Source: a virus
DNA length: 64,000 nucleotides
Virus record (IMG/VR): IMGVR_UViG_3300028840_002150
Coordinates: 38,421-102,420 of that record
Strand: one strand, 5' to 3'
Numbering within the stretch: position 1 is the stretch's first letter; the number at the start of each line of letters is the position of its first letter. Positions 62,827 to 64,000 of this stretch are shown here, in pieces. A program made the translations under genes and the position numbers. The notes below the pieces were generated by a model, which was not told the origin of the DNA, did no database searches, and saw only the letters and a program-made list of their open reading frames with translations.

Positions 62827-64000
62827 ATGGCTACCCGCTACTGGATCGGCGACGCCCAGAAAGTCCCCCAGGTTGACACGCTCACGCCGGGCAGTCTAAG
62901 TATCGGGGAAACGCTCACCGTCACGATCAACGGCAAGACCAGCACTCACACGATTACCAGCACCACAATGGCGACCGAGGTGGACGCGTTTGTCGCTACG
63001 TTGGCCGCAATTACGACGATCGAGGAATTCGACGAAATTACTTGGGCGGCCAATTCCGATAGCTCGGCCATTACCGCCACGGGGCCAAGCGACGGAGCGC
63101 CGATCACGATTACCACGTCGGCCAGCGGCGGCGGGGTCACCTTCAGCAAGTCCACCACGACCAGCCCCAGCGGGCCGCACCATTTCGACGAAGCGGACAA
63201 CTGGAGCGGCGGCGCGGTCCCCGTCGATGACGACACCATCGTCTTCGAATCCAACGACGTGGATTGCAAGTACGGTCTGAGCAACGCCAGCACCACGCCG
63301 GCAGAAATCCGGATCGACGCCAGTTATACCGGCAAGATCGGATTGCCGCAGGAAAACGCCAACGGCTACGCGGAATATCGGGAGCGGTATCTGACGCTCG
63401 GCACCGACGGCGACGGCAGCGCAAGTTCGGTAACGGTGCACATCGGCCGCGGCGACGGCAACGGTTCCCGCCGCATCATGCTCAACACGGGCGACAAGCA
63501 GACCAACCTCACCATTCACAACACGGACCGCTCTGAGGACGGCACGACTCCGGCTGTAGTCTGGAAAGGCACCAACGCCAGCAACGCGGTCCAGATTGTC
63601 AAAGGCTCGCTTGGAATCGCCTACTATGCCGGCGAATCGGCCACGGTGCTGACGCTGAAACAAGGGTTCGTGTCCAGTCGAAATTCGGACGCGGAAGTCC
63701 ACGTCGGCGCCGGCGTGACGCTGGGCACCATCGACAAAACTGGCGGCGAGGCCCGTGTCTACTGCGCTACCACTACCGCGGCCTACAACCGCGGCGGCAA
63801 GTTGTGGCTGGAGGGAACGGGAACGCACCCACTGCTGCACGTTACGGGCGGCACCTGCTACGCGAACACCACCGGCACGCTGGGCGATTACGGTTCCATC
63901 ACCGGCTTGACGCAGGCCGATCCCGGCGTGGTTACGTCCGCCGCACACGGGCTATCGTCCGGGGACAAAGTGGTGCTGTCCGCCGTGGTCGGAATGACCG
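62827..64000 (+). CDS. virion tail protein, truncated by window end
   Basis: Read directly: MATRYWIGDAQKVPQVDTLT...NWSGGAVPVDDD; ends in ITGLTQADPGVVTSAAHGLSSGDKV (FCCH-like). Confidence 0.7.
   Translation, partial: MATRYWIGDAQKVPQVDTLTPGSLSIGETLTVTINGKTSTHTITSTTMATEVDAFVATLAAITTIEEFDEITWAANSDSSAITATGPSDGAPITITTSASGGGVTFSKSTTTSPSGPHHFDEADNWSGGAVPVDDDTIVFESNDVDCKYGLSNASTTPAEIRIDASYTGKIGLPQENANGYAEYRERYLTLGTDGDGSASSVTVHIGRGDGNGSRRIMLNTGDKQTNLTIHNTDRSEDGTTPAVVWKGTNASNAVQIVKGSLGIAYYAGESATVLTLKQGFVSSRNSDAEVHVGAGVTLGTIDKTGGEARVYCATTTAAYNRGGKLWLEGTGTHPLLHVTGGTCYANTTGTLGDYGSITGLTQADPGVVTSAAHGLSSGDKVVLSAVVGMT

Noticed and set aside
1-64000. Integrase, att sites or stop-codon recoding
   Set aside because: No recombinase motifs are seen, and genes pack tightly under the standard code using all three stops. 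Lifestyle cannot be decided from this window.

Overview
A 64-kb, GC-rich, almost entirely plus-strand segment of a tailed phage or prophage. It looks siphovirus-like: tail tube, -1 frameshifting tail chaperone and tape measure are present, and no sheath is seen. The host is probably a Planctomycetota member, inferred from recalled similarity of the RimI-like GNAT and of a secreted hypothetical protein; no search was run. Layout: (i) 1-10.4 kb, about 30 small early genes in repeated operator-promoter-leader cassettes; (ii) ParB-methyltransferase, small and large terminase, a direct-repeat-flanked moron and further DNA methyltransferases; (iii) a head module in which the portal is fused to a HAD domain and a RelA/SpoT-like domain, followed by a small putative immunity gene and a GNAT/pyrophosphatase polyvalent protein, then MuF, protease/scaffold, decoration and major capsid genes; (iv) a membrane-protein and papain-peptidase cluster at the usual lysis position; (v) tail genes, interrupted after the tape measure by a replication module (RimI-like GNAT, DnaB, initiator with iteron-like repeats) that contains a ~610-nt structured non-coding region with tRNA-like domains; tail genes resume at 62 kb. 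Most interesting signals: the tRNA-mimic RNA cluster, 3'-UTR elements antisense to a shared early-gene leader and RBS, a genome-wide GATATT-N5-AATATC operator regulon, and portal-linked enzyme effectors. No integrase, CRISPR array or rRNA is seen. All protein calls come from motif recognition by eye.
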